A DNA stretch of 32,000 nucleotides from Gammaproteobacteria bacterium (GCA_963681975.1 OY820613.1:1510434-1542433), one strand, 5' to 3'; shown: positions 1-9,184, numbered from the stretch's first letter. Notes: generated by a model not told the origin, from the letters alone. Made by a program: numbers and translations.

Positions 1-2745
1 CATAGCCATGGCGGCACTGGCAAAGGCCGGAGCCAGTAACCAGCCGGTCAGCGGATAAAAGACACCGGCGGCCAGTGGAATACCAATAACATTATATATA
101 AATGCACCGAATAAATTCTGTTTAATATTTTTCATGGTTGCGGCCGAAACTGCAATAGCCGTTCCTACATTCATCAATGAATTTCCTGCAAGGGTAATAT
201 CTGCATTTTCAATGGCAACATCAGTACCACTGCCAATGGCAAAACCAGTATTAGCCTGAGCCAGTGCCGGTGCATCGTTTACCCCGTCGCCTACCATACC
301 AACAATATAGCCCTGTTCCTGTAAGGACTTGATGATATTTAACTTGTCTTCCGGCATAACCTGACTATACACTTCCCTGATACCCAGTTCTCTGGCTACA
401 GCCTGAGCCGTTTTATCACTGTCTCCTGAACACATAACGACTTCAATATGCTGTTTCTGTAATAATTTAACCGCCCCAGGCGTATCTTCCCGAATGGGAT
501 CTTTTAATGCTATCAGTCCCAGTAAGTGTCCGTCTTCAGCCAGCCAAATTGGCGTTGCGGATAATTCTGCCAGAGTTTCTGCCTGTTTAATAATTTCCGG
601 CGCAAGCTCAACCTTATTTTCCAGCATAAAGGCATGATTGCCCAGCAGTATTTTTTTATTTTCTATTTCTGCTTTTACCCCACGGCCTTCAACCGCTGTA
701 AAATCCTTTACATGCAAAAGAGTAAGTTCATGTTCACTGGCCGCAGTTAATATTGCCTCGGCAAGGGGATGTTCTGAGCCCGTTTCCAGTGAGGCTGCGT
801 ACTGCAGTAGATAATTTTTATTGATAATGGATGAAGCCAATTTAGGATTAACAATAATATCAGTAACTGATGGTTTGCCCTGAGTCAGGGTACCGGTTTT
901 ATCCACCACCACATAAGTCAGTTTGCTGGCGGTCTGCAGAGCATCACTGTTTTTAATAAGAATATTAAGCTGTGCCGCTTTGGAAGTACCCATCATAATG
1001 GCTATAGGAGTGGCCAGTCCCAGTGCACAGGGACAGGCAATGACCAGTACAGCAATACCCGCAGTCAAAGCATAAGCCAGGCGCGGCTCTGGACCGACAA
1101 AATACCAGGTAAAGAAGGTAATGATTGCAATGGTGATAACAATGGGTACAAATACAGAGGCAATTTTATCCACCAGACGACCAATTTCAGGCTTAGTCAT
1201 CTGCACCTGTTTAACCATATTAATGATCTGCGACAGGGTAGTTTCTTCTCCCAGCTTGCTGACTTCAAATAGAAAAATGCCAGATTTATTAATGGTACCG
1301 CCCGTTACTGTATCACCGGGTGATTTTTTTACCGGCAGAGGTTCACCGGTAAGCATGGCTTCATCAATACTTGAACTGCCTTGCGTAATAATACCGTCAA
1401 TAGGAATTCTTTCACCGGTTTTCACCTTGATTATATTGCTGACCTGTAATAGGGAAACCGGTAAACTGACTTCAACACCATCATAAACCAGTGTGGCTGA
1501 TTTAGGTGCCAGCTCAATAATACTAGCAATAGAGGCGGAAGTTGTGCGTTTTGCCCTGATTTCCACTGCATGTCCAAACTGCAGGAAGGCCAGGATAATA
1601 ACACCGGCATCCAGATACAGATGCCCTCCTCCCGGAATAAAATCAGGGTCGATAATAATCAGCATGGATGACAGCCAGGCCGCCAAAGTACCCAGTGCCA
1701 CCAGGGTGTCCATATTAGATGACAGGTGACAAGCCTGTTTAAGAGCAGTGATGTAGTAATTACGGCCACTGAACCACATAGTAAATAAACAGATCAGTGC
1801 AACGATAAACCAGAACATCTGTGAACTGATACCGTGGAAATAGGTATCTTTTGATACTTCCGGAACCCAGCCCATATATTCAGAAGTCATCAGCAGGGCA
1901 CCAACAGTGCCGGCCAGAATCGCTCTGTGCGAGGAACGACGGATTTCTAAACGGCTCTGCCTTTCCTGCTCAATATAGGGATCTTCATATTGTTCATTGA
2001 TACGAGCCTCTATTCCCGCTTTTTTCAGGATAACCAGTAATTGTGCAGGAGGGAGTGTTGTGGTAATTTCAACTTTTTTTTCCGTGTCAGTAAAAACAAA
2101 AGCGATATGTTCAACTTCATCCGCCTGAGCCTGTAACTGCTCATTAATAAGTTTTTCAAGTTCAGTATCTGAACCGTCAAATTGAGAAATAATCAGTTGA
2201 TACTGGTTGCTGACTTTCTGCTGCTCAATAAGCCGGGCATTATAGCCCTGATCAATAATAGCATTAACAACAGCATGCGGCTCCCCACCCTCTACCTGGG
2301 CGATTTTTTCCAGTAGATTTACAGAACCGGACTTTACGTCGGGAACCGACAAAATCGCTTTTTCAACCGTAGCTACACAGCTGGAGCAAGTCATGTCCTC
2401 TATATCAATAATATAGGATGAGGGATTCTTTTTCTGTTCTGGTTCTGGTTCTGCCTGTGCTGCCGGGCTTTTATTCTGATCAGAAGACGACTCAATGGGG
2501 CAGGATTCAGGGATCTCAGCCACAGGACTGGCAGGATAACCGGCCTCAGTAATGGCCTGAATAACTTCATGCAGCAAACCGCCTGTCACCAGTGCTTTCC
2601 CCTGTTTCAAGTTGATGTTTATTGCTTCAACACCGTCAACAGCCAGAGCCGCTTTTTCTACCCGCGCCACACAATGTGCGCAGGTCATATCACTGATTTT
2701 GATTTTATACTGTCTGTTTACAGGCGGTTTATCGCTGTGATCCAT
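1..2745 (-). CDS. copA: Cu(I)/Ag(I)-translocating P1B-type ATPase, C-terminus beyond window edge
   Basis: The gene is missing from the ORF track because it runs off the window. Reverse-complement translation from the ATG at 2745 gives MDHSDKPPVNRQYKIKISDMTCAHCVARVEKA (an HMA domain). A second HMA domain (EDMTCSSCVATVEKA) lies at about 2350-2400, VIACPCAL at 1021-1045, VDKTGTLTQG at 878-907 and VGDGVNDAPALAQANTG at 244-294, all in one frame. No minus-strand ORF pieces are listed in 1-2745, which implies no internal stop. A GAGGA RBS sits upstream. Confidence 0.93.
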   Translation of the reverse strand, partial: MDHSDKPPVNRQYKIKISDMTCAHCVARVEKAALAVDGVEAININLKQGKALVTGGLLHEVIQAITEAGYPASPVAEIPESCPIESSSDQNKSPAAQAEPEPEQKKNPSSYIIDIEDMTCSSCVATVEKAILSVPDVKSGSVNLLEKIAQVEGGEPHAVVNAIIDQGYNARLIEQQKVSNQYQLIISQFDGSDTELEKLINEQLQAQADEVEHIAFVFTDTEKKVEITTTLPPAQLLVILKKAGIEARINEQYEDPYIEQERQSRLEIRRSSHRAILAGTVGALLMTSEYMGWVPEVSKDTYFHGISSQMFWFIVALICLFTMWFSGRNYYITALKQACHLSSNMDTLVALGTLAAWLSSMLIIIDPDFIPGGGHLYLDAGVIILAFLQFGHAVEIRAKRTTSASIASIIELAPKSATLVYDGVEVSLPVSLLQVSNIIKVKTGERIPIDGIITQGSSSIDEAMLTGEPLPVKKSPGDTVTGGTINKSGIFLFEVSKLGEETTLSQIINMVKQVQMTKPEIGRLVDKIASVFVPIVITIAIITFFTWYFVGPEPRLAYALTAGIAVLVIACPCALGLATPIAIMMGTSKAAQLNILIKNSDALQTASKLTYVVVDKTGTLTQGKPSVTDIIVNPKLASSIINKNYLLQYAASLETGSEHPLAEAILTAASEHELTLLHVKDFTAVEGRGVKAEIENKKILLGNHAFMLENKVELAPEIIKQAETLAELSATPIWLAEDGHLLGLIALKDPIREDTPGAVKLLQKQHIEVVMCSGDSDKTAQAVARELGIREVYSQVMPEDKLNIIKSLQEQGYIVGMVGDGVNDAPALAQANTGFAIGSGTDVAIENADITLAGNSLMNVGTAIAVSAATMKNIKQNLFGAFIYNVIGIPLAAGVFYPLTGWLLAPAFASAAMAM

Positions 2746-2791
2746 ACTTATTTAGTCCTCAGGTAAGTTTTTTTATTATTCAATAAAGCAC

Positions 2792-3062
2792 TTACCGGTT
2801 CAATAGCCACAATACCCCACCTTCAGTCATACGTTTAGCCATCTCAGAAAATATATCAGCGTTCCTCTGTGCTTCTTCGGCATTGGTATACACTTCAACC
2901 TTTAGACTTTCACACAGTCCGTAGTCATTAAACTCATTGATATAACTACACATAGCCTTCAACCTTGCTGACTGTAATTCCAAGTATATTCAGACTATTC
3001 ACCTCCCCTGCTATCAGCCCAAAGTCGGAAATATTCAGGATCATAACTACCTTGTTAAACAT
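2792..3062 (-). pseudogene. Small P-II-like (GlnB-fold-like) protein of metal-efflux operons, 1-nt frameshift
   Basis: The ATG at 3062 overlaps the cusA stop (TAAATG). Frame 1 reads MFNKVVMILNISDFGLIAGEVNSLNILGITVSKVEGYV*. The listed 63-aa ORF continues in another frame (..LKVEVYTNAEEAQRNADIFSEMAK..GGVLW). The span is 271 nt, which is not a multiple of 3. The ITVSKVEGYG / KVEV pattern resembles P-II proteins. Confidence 0.45.
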
Positions 3063-3468
3063 TTAGGCTTCCTCTTTAGAGTGGTTATTTTCAGTTACGG
3101 TACAGTTTGATAATGTCACTGATTTCCACATGAAATAAATCGCTGGTATTACCAGCAGGGTTAAAACAACAGAACTGAGCATACCGCCAATCATAGGGCC
3201 GGAAATTCTCTGCATAACTTCAAGAGCCTGTGCCGCTGCTGTACATAATAGGTATCAGACCCACAACAATAGCCGCAACCGTCATGACAATAGGACGAAC
3301 ACGCTGACCGGCACCTTCCAGAACTGCCGCTTTTACATCTTCACGGCTCATGCAGCGGTTCTGCTCCATTAACTCGTGAGACATCCGGCAATAGGACTGA
3401 TTCAGATAAACCAGCATAAGCACCCCAACTTCAACAGTTACCCCTGTCAGAGCAATAAAACGGAAATT
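3063..3468 (-). pseudogene. cusA: C-terminal remnant of an RND heavy-metal efflux pump (CusA/CzcA family)
   Basis: The translation FIALTGVTVEVGVLMLVYLNQ...EGAGQRVRPIVMTVAAIVVGLIPIMYSSGTGS, followed after a +1 slip near 3221 by EVMQRISGPMIGGMLSSVVLTLLVIPAIYFMW, matches the conserved CusA/CzcA C-terminus. The 5' part of the gene is absent beyond the IS4 junction at 3468/3469. Confidence 0.8.
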
Positions 3469-4891
3469 CATAGGTATGATCTTTAGGAGTTGAAATGAAG
3501 CCAATTTGATGATCAAATAGTTGTTATTCAGGCAATTATTTATCAACAAAAAGGCTTCAAATGAAAAGTACCACATTATCAAAAAAACTAAAAGTCGTAT
3601 TGAGTGAAAAGAAACTTAATAAACCGGGCAAAAACATAGGTTTTTCCCAACGATTAAAACAGATACCCCCTTTTCAGCTAATAGTGAGTATGATTACGGC
3701 TATGGGTGATAAAGAGACAAGGCATTTTTCGGAAATTCATCGTTACTTTAACCAGTTAACGAATAAAAATGTCCGTTATAAGCCCTTTCATAATCAATTA
3801 GCAAAACCTGAATTTGCGCAATTGATGAGAGATATTGCAGATAAAGTTTTTAATCACCGGGTAAATACAAAACTGAAATGTAATCATCTGGTTCTGGCCA
3901 GTTTTGATAAATTACTTATCCGGGATGGCAGTTCATTTGCTATCCATAAGGCACTGAAAAAGAATTATCCCGGGCGATTTACAGCAATTAGTCCGGCAGC
4001 CGTGGAATTGCATGTCACCTACGACTTAAAAACCGGAGGCATAGAAAAAAGTACACTGACACCGGATAGCTTTTCAGAACGAGCAGAGTTACCAGACATT
4101 CATGAACTGGAAAATCAGTTATTATCAGGTGACCATAGCTACTATTCAGGCCAACTGATTAATGAAACAGATGACCATGGAGGGTATTATATTTTACGTG
4201 CAATGAGACTTTCCAGGATAGCGGTTCATTGAGCCATCAGAGAAGATGGGCAAGTCGTTAGCAAAAGAACTAAACCATTGTCTGATTTGGTAAAATCTCT
4301 GCCAAAACGACAATTAATTGATATGATTGTGGAGATTGATGGCAGAGAAACAAGGCTGATTGCAATCTGGAGCCCCAAAGAAAAAAGGCATACATTTTTA
4401 GTTACAAATCTGAATGCAGAACAGTTTTCAGCGACACAAATCAGCCAGTTATATCGTTTACGCTGGCAGATTGAGTTGTTATTTAAAGAGTGCAAGTCTC
4501 ATAATAACTTGCAGGGGTTCCAAACCAGTAATTGCGCATTGATGGAAGCTTTGGTTTGGAGCAGTTTAATCGCGACGATTCTGAAACGATTTATATGTAG
4601 TAGCATAGAACAATTTTGCCAAATGGAGATGTCAACGTTGACGGTCTCCAAAACAACCGTTTAGTGGTGGTATTCATTATTGGAATCCATTGTTAACCAT
4701 AAACGAAAACAATTAACGGATGTGCTTGAAAGAACATATTTTTTCCTGAAAGAAAATACTGGCAGAGCTCATCCTAAACGAGATAAGTCTACTGGACTTT
4801 ATCAGTTTGGTGTAGAACCTAATTATGGAGTTACATCCTGATGGGTAATCTATTGAAACGAAATGATAAAATCCTTAAAGACATACCTATG
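3469..4891 (+). mobile_element. IS4-family insertion sequence (1423 bp)
   Basis: The terminal inverted repeats are cataggtatgatctttaggagtt (from 3469) and, as the reverse complement of the right end finishing at 4891, cataggtatgtctttaaggattt. They enclose an IS4-type transposase gene. AATT is found on both flanks. Confidence 0.8.
3561..4841 (+). pseudogene. IS4-family DDE transposase with two in-frame stop codons
   Basis: The ORFs 3561-4232 and 4278-4664 and the tail to 4841 are all in one frame. They are interrupted by TGA at 4230-4232 and TAG at 4662-4664. The IS4 signature YRLRWQIELLFKECKSHNNL is present. Confidence 0.85.
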
Positions 4892-4950
4892 AATTATACT
4901 TACCAATAAGTAAGAACTAAATTATGTTAGAATCAAATGTGAGGATAATT

Positions 4951-5292
4951 ATGAATGCCATTAATGTTATAAAGCCCTATAAATATTTGACCCGCTGGGT
5001 ATTTGATGATGAAAAAGTCGGACTTGTGCAGGAGCCTTTTATTGCAGGAGCCGATGATATAATTGATCAGGCTGTTAAAGATATACCTGACGCTGATAGC
5101 GGATTTCTTTTGATGTTTTCTTCTTCTCCATTCCCTGGATACCAATTAGAGTTCACATGGTTAAGAGAGGAAAACGATGGCAATTGGTATTTTGCAGAAA
5201 AACTGGGAATGGAAGGATGGTTGTGCCCGGCGTTATTGAAGTATTTTGATAAGGCGCCAGAAAAAATCTATGCACAGTTCAAGGCAATATAA
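4951..5292 (+). CDS. Conserved hypothetical protein (recalled as DUF6717-like)
   Basis: GAGGA at 4941-4945 precedes the ATG at 4951. The product reads MNAINVIKPYKYLTRWVFDDEKVGLVQEPFIAGADDIIDQ...MEGWLCPALLKYFDKAPEKIY. It matches a widespread uncharacterised family from memory, and the family name needs checking. Confidence 0.7.
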   Translation: MNAINVIKPYKYLTRWVFDDEKVGLVQEPFIAGADDIIDQAVKDIPDADSGFLLMFSSSPFPGYQLEFTWLREENDGNWYFAEKLGMEGWLCPALLKYFDKAPEKIYAQFKAI

Positions 5293-5294
5293 TC

Positions 5295-5708
5295 ATGAAT
5301 ACAAACCATAATACAAATAAAAACAATGGGCCAGGTGATTTATTGTTGTTGACTGGCGAAGAAATGATTTCAAGAGAGTTGATAGTGAATAACAATAAAT
5401 ATATTATTGAGATATATTATAAAAAATCAATAGAAGATGGCAGTAATAATGGTTATGCTGTTTTCTTTGACAATCAAAGTGGTATTCTCAAGCAAACCAA
5501 CAAAGCTAGACATTCAGCATTGGTTCTATTTAAAAAAATATACTTTGAATTAATGTCAATGTGCAAGGATATAAAACTTGAAAGTGTTTCTTTTTTAGGT
5601 ATTGGTTTGCGTTTGAATAAAGTGTACGAAAAAATGCTAAACCATTATAATATAAAATACAATTTCGACAAAGAATCGAATGAATTTACTATCTTTGCAC
5701 ATAAATAA
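5295..5708 (+). CDS. Hypothetical protein, very AT-rich orphan
   Basis: This is a 137-aa ORF that starts 2 nt after the upstream stop codon. It has an Asn/Lys-rich N-terminus and no recognisable motif. Confidence 0.55.
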   Translation: MNTNHNTNKNNGPGDLLLLTGEEMISRELIVNNNKYIIEIYYKKSIEDGSNNGYAVFFDNQSGILKQTNKARHSALVLFKKIYFELMSMCKDIKLESVSFLGIGLRLNKVYEKMLNHYNIKYNFDKESNEFTIFAHK

Positions 5709-5909
5709 AACCTGGTTAAGATGCACTTATGAGTTGAATTTAAGTAGGTTTAAAGAAGCGGTTCTAAGGCGATAAAAATGCAAACATATAAACAAATACA
5801 ATAAAACCAATAATTATAAACAGAGCGGTAATTTTATCGCCAAAACTCATTTTGTTTGTTTTTTTATCGAATTCAGACTCGGGAAAACTGTCTTCACCAG
5901 TTTTTTTGA

Positions 5910-6655
5910 GAGGGTGTAAAAATAACTGTGTAAACGCTCATTGCGGTGGTTTAAGTCAGCAGTGGTAAAATGAATAAACCTGAAATACCACCTCCATAGT
6001 GAACAGCCTACCTTCCAAAGTCAGGCTATCAAGGAGCTTCCTTTCAGGACTCCTCCTTGACACCCTGCCTTTTCCAGGTATTTGCTCACCATGGAGGCGG
6101 AATTTATCTTCGACTGAAGTCGACATCATCAACCCCTGCCGGTCTGAACCATCTTTTGTTACCCTATAACAAGGAATACAGCGATGAGTAAGACAATGAA
6201 CAAAGACAGGTTACAGGCCCTGGCCAACGAACTGGCTAAAGATTTAAAAACCCCTCAGGATTTAAGCGACCTCAGTGCTCAACTGACTAAAATGACCGTT
6301 GAAGCCGCTCTGAATGCCGAAATGGATTATTTTCTGGATAAGGAAGAGGGCAATAGCCGCAATGGCTACAACCGAAAACAGTTAAAAGGTGAGCACGGTC
6401 AGTTTGAACTGAATACCCCCAGAGACAGACAGTCCAAATTTGAACCTCAGCTGGTCAAAAAGCGCCAGACCCGTATCACCGGCATGGATGACCAGATTAT
6501 GGCGCTGTATGCCAAAGGCATGAGCACTCGTGATATTGTGGATACCTTTGAGGAAATGTATGGGGTGGATATTTCACCCGCCCTGGTCTCTCAGGTGAGC
6601 AATAGCATCATGGAACGGGTAGTGGAATGGCAGTCACGTCCACTGGAGCCAGTGA
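5910..6655 (+). mobile_element. IS256-family element, left end only (IRL, leader and 5' part of transposase)
   Basis: The end sequence gagggtgtaaaaataactgtgtaaacg is IS256-like. It is followed by the N-terminus of a Mutator-type transposase. Homology stops near 6655. Confidence 0.85.
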
Positions 6656-6693
6656 TGTACTTCTCTTTCAGTTCCTCTGCAATCTCCTTATAA
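6184..6693 (+). pseudogene. IS256-family transposase, N-terminal fragment
   Basis: The translation ..LNAEMDYFLDKEEGNSRNGYNRKQLKGEHGQFELNTPRDRQSKFEPQLVKKRQTRITGMDDQIMALYAKGMSTRDI..VVEWQSRPLEPV is followed by unrelated residues and a stop. The catalytic DDE region is missing. Confidence 0.85.
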
Positions 6694-6960
6694 ACAGAAA
6701 CTACCGGCCGTTTCATTGAATTGAAAATCCTCATTGTAAACAAGGTTGTTGCGTATGGTTGGCCAGTCAGCGGATTTTTTTCTGCAGGGACTCAGAAAAA
6801 TCAGACAGTACTTCGTTTAGCCTATCCTTCAGATTATCACACCTACACCAAAGTGTTTTTGGAGTATAGATTCTATGGATTTTGTGCATTCCAGCACAGT
6901 TTTATAGTTTTCTGCTTCTATCTCATGCATATCGGGGATTCTTTTTATTAAATCTCTGTC
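6656..6960 (-). pseudogene. Multiply frameshifted gene remnant, possibly HEPN-like
   Basis: Three frames have to be joined to read ..IESILQKHFGVG / KDRLNEVLSDFSESLQKKIR / WPTIRNNLVYNEDFQFNE / EIAEELKEKY. The IRNNLV(Y/H) stretch resembles an RxxxxH motif. This is a weak call. Confidence 0.25.
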
Positions 6961-7087
6961 ATTATATTCTCCTTTTCGTCAAATTATTGATTGAAAGCCG
7001 GACGGACAGACGGACAATTGCCTGGGAAATGTCCATCTGTCCGTATAATAAATTAGTTTTCTTCTACGGCTTTATACCCAAAAACCT

Positions 7088-7159
7088 TTATATGCAGTAG
7101 CATAGAACAATTTTACCAAATGGAGATGTCAACATTGACGGTCTCCAAAACGACCGTTT
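7088..7159 (+). mobile_element. Internal fragment (about 72 bp) of the IS4-family transposase gene
   Basis: tttatatgcagtagcatagaacaattttaccaaatggagatgtcaacattgacggtctccaaaacgaccgttt matches 4589-4663 with about 5 mismatches, in the same orientation. Confidence 0.8.
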
Positions 7160-7168
7160 GTCTGTAAT

Positions 7169-8032
7169 ATGCCGGCACCCACCTCTGAAAAAAAATCTGT
7201 ATCGAAAAATAAATCACCGTACAATTATCAGTTTTCACAAGCCTCCATACGTGCTCTGTTTGCCTCTCTGTCCTCTTTTTATGATTTTTTAATGCAGGAA
7301 GATGTGGTTGAGGCAAATCCGGTGGCCCGGATCAGGCAAAAAAGCAAATACATAGAAAAACATCAACAACGCCGCCAGGATCATATTTTGTCCAATTTGC
7401 AGTGGAGTTATATTGTGAACACCGTTGAACAAATGGCAGAAGATGATCCGAGTCAGCATGAACGCATCCGTTTTATCATGTTTTGTCTGTTTTCGATGTA
7501 TCTGCGTATTTCTGAGCTGGTGGATACCGGGCACTCTGCCCCGCTGATGCGACATTTTTTTCGGGATAACGAAGGGTTGTGGTGGTTCCGGGTCATCGGT
7601 AAAGGTAACAAAGAGCGGATCATTTCGGTATGCGATGAGATGCTGGAAGCTTTAAAACGGTACCGGACGTTTCTTGAATTGCCACCTTTGCCTGGCAGCA
7701 AGGAGCAATTTCCTTTAATTCCCAAAATCAGAGGCACCGGTGCGGTGACCAGCACCCGGGCGATCCGAAAAATTGTGCAATATTGTTTTGATCAGGCGTA
7801 TGAGGCCATGGTGCAGGATGGATTTAAAGATGACGCACAAAGACTGCATGAAGCCACACCACACTGGCTAAGGCATACAGGAATTTCTAATGATGTTAAG
7901 TTTCGTCCCCGGGAGCATGTGCGTGATGAGGCTGGCCATGCCAGTATAGCAACCACCGATTTATACATTAACTTTCAGGATCAGGAACGTCATGCGAGTG
8001 GGCGTGGAAAAAGGATCAAGGATATTGGTTAA
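7169..8032 (+). CDS. Tyrosine recombinase / phage-type integrase, probably N-terminally truncated
   Basis: The catalytic residues are visible: LRISEL (Arg), HWLRHTG (HxxR) and GHASIATTDLY (the Tyr nucleophile). Only the last helix of the N-terminal SAM-like domain is present, and the gene abuts an IS4 fragment. Confidence 0.85.
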   Translation: MPAPTSEKKSVSKNKSPYNYQFSQASIRALFASLSSFYDFLMQEDVVEANPVARIRQKSKYIEKHQQRRQDHILSNLQWSYIVNTVEQMAEDDPSQHERIRFIMFCLFSMYLRISELVDTGHSAPLMRHFFRDNEGLWWFRVIGKGNKERIISVCDEMLEALKRYRTFLELPPLPGSKEQFPLIPKIRGTGAVTSTRAIRKIVQYCFDQAYEAMVQDGFKDDAQRLHEATPHWLRHTGISNDVKFRPREHVRDEAGHASIATTDLYINFQDQERHASGRGKRIKDIG

Positions 8033-8036
8033 AGGC

Positions 8037-8368
8037 TTATATGGCCGCTGCTGATTTTAAATTTTCTACAGAACTATCGTGTTCCTTTTCTTTGGACAGA
8101 GGACTTAAAGCCGTTAATGCATACTCTATACCTGATGTTGTTAAGCAGTCATTATTATACTTTGATTCCTTTTCTTCCTCTGAAATCCCCGCACCCCTCT
8201 CAGCTTTTTTGACAGGTGCGGCAGCTACTTTTTTGAAGAATAACCTCCAAATGATAATTTTTCTCCTGTAAATGGACTAAATACATAGTGGGGTGGAAAG
8301 CGATTCCCTTTTGAATTTGCTGCAGCAGAAAATATCAGTAAAAGTAATAATATGGATATTTTTTTCAT
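8037..8368 (-). pseudogene. Small secreted protein, frameshifted at an A6 run
   Basis: The ATG at 8368 opens MKKISILLLLLIFSAAANS.. (a signal peptide), and this frame stops at 8225. The reading continues in another frame (KKVAAAPVKKAERG...NLKSAAAI*) to 8037. The span is 332 nt, and the homopolymer lies at 8229-8234. Confidence 0.4.
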
Positions 8369-8376
8369 AAGCTTTG

Positions 8377-8547
8377 TTAATCCTTAGGCAGTTGCTTCTG
8401 AGCCATTTCAACCATAGTTTCAAGTCGAACCAGGCGTTTATCAATATTAATAGTACGATCAGAGAGTTTTTCAGTTTGTTGGTTTAACCGCTTAACCTCA
8501 TCTGTTAACTTTAATGTATCAAGCAAAATATCTTTCCATCCTGCCAT
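8377..8547 (-). CDS. 56-aa coiled-coil protein, unknown function
   Basis: The product is MAGWKDILLDTLKLTDEVKRLNQQTEKLSDRTINIDKRLVRLETMVEMAQKQLPKD. It starts 2 nt after the RHH gene stop. It is below the length cutoff of the ORF track. Confidence 0.5.
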   Translation of the reverse strand: MAGWKDILLDTLKLTDEVKRLNQQTEKLSDRTINIDKRLVRLETMVEMAQKQLPKD

Positions 8548-8549
8548 GA

Positions 8550-8828
8550 TTAACCACCGTTCTGATCAAGTAATTTTAAAGTATTTGCGACCTTTTTATT
8601 GGCTTTTTTTGTTGCACTGATCGCTTCTTTTAATCGAGCACTGACCAAATCCATTAATTCCGGCATTTCCATTTCATGGGACTGTTCGGGATTGTAAGAC
8701 TCAATGGCCTGTCTAACAACCGCAGACGCGGATATGTGACCAGATTCAGCCAGTTTTTTTAATTTTTCAACGCTTTCTTCAGAAATTAAAAATTGCTTTC
8801 TAACCAAATTACTCTGAGCTGTTGCCAT
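8550..8828 (-). CDS. Ribbon-helix-helix (CopG/Arc-like) DNA-binding protein
   Basis: The N-terminus KQFLISEESVEKLKKLAESGHISASAVVRQAIESY fits the beta-strand/helix/helix pattern of RHH regulators. The C-terminal part is helical. Confidence 0.75.
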   Translation of the reverse strand: MATAQSNLVRKQFLISEESVEKLKKLAESGHISASAVVRQAIESYNPEQSHEMEMPELMDLVSARLKEAISATKKANKKVANTLKLLDQNGG

Positions 8829-8922
8829 AATAATATCACCTTTATTTAATATATTTTATTATACACATACACACCCATATACACAATATCATTAGTAAGC
8901 TCAATTATATTTTATTGCAGAT

Positions 8923-9184
8923 ATTATAACTACGTGTATTTACCGATACCATTAAACTGCAACCATGTGATCGCCAACCGCACGAACCTACCAATAAACA
9001 GAGATAATAATTTAACCTGTTTTATTTTTTATTTATTTTATTTTTATTTATTTAAAATCTGCGCTCCGTACCCCCCACAAAAACTTGCAGTTTACCCGGT
9101 CTGGATTAATCTGGACAAAAGAGCGGTCTGAGTACCACAAAAGTGGTTTTATAAGTGGTATCGGTAAATACACAGAGTTATAAT
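8923..9184. promoter_or_regulatory. Symmetric divergent control region: two 29-bp inverted repeats, each ending in TATAAT, flanking an AT-rich tract
   Basis: 8923-8951 (attataactacgtgtatttaccgatacca) is the reverse complement of 9156-9184 (tggtatcggtaaatacacagagttataat) at 27 of 29 positions. Each arm reads outward as ..GTTATAAT toward the RHH operon or the nuclease operon. A T/A-only tract lies at 9019-9057. Confidence 0.5.

Noticed and set aside
1121-2766. Plus-strand ORFs 1121-1486, 1493-1729 and 2569-2766
   Set aside because: They are antisense to the strongly supported copA reading frame and have odd composition with no motifs.
3561-4841. In-frame TGA and TAG in the IS4 transposase as possible stop-codon reassignment or programmed readthrough
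   Set aside because: All three stop codons appear as in-frame interruptions across different genes in the window, together with frameshifts. Intact genes terminate normally with the same codons. Ordinary pseudogenisation explains the pattern better.
3465-4895. AATT on both flanks of the IS4 element as a target-site duplication
   Set aside because: IS4-family duplications are usually longer. The right flank is not cusA sequence, so the flanks were not contiguous. A 4-bp AT match is weak evidence.
5764-5850. 28-aa hydrophobic minus-strand peptide (MSFGDKITALFIIIGFIVFVYMFAFLSP) as a possible type I toxin
   Set aside because: There is no Shine-Dalgarno sequence, promoter or antisense partner that I can see. 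Such short hydrophobic ORFs arise easily in AT-rich DNA.
9019-9057. Short periodic TTTATTT repeats considered as a CRISPR or tandem-repeat array
   Set aside because: The units are irregular, only 4-8 nt long and without spacers. It is a simple AT tract. No CRISPR-like array occurs anywhere in the window.
8934-9131. 65-aa ORF across the AT-rich intergenic region
   Set aside because: It spans the T/A-only tract and the promoter-like repeats, has low-complexity sequence and lacks an RBS. The region is better explained as regulatory DNA.
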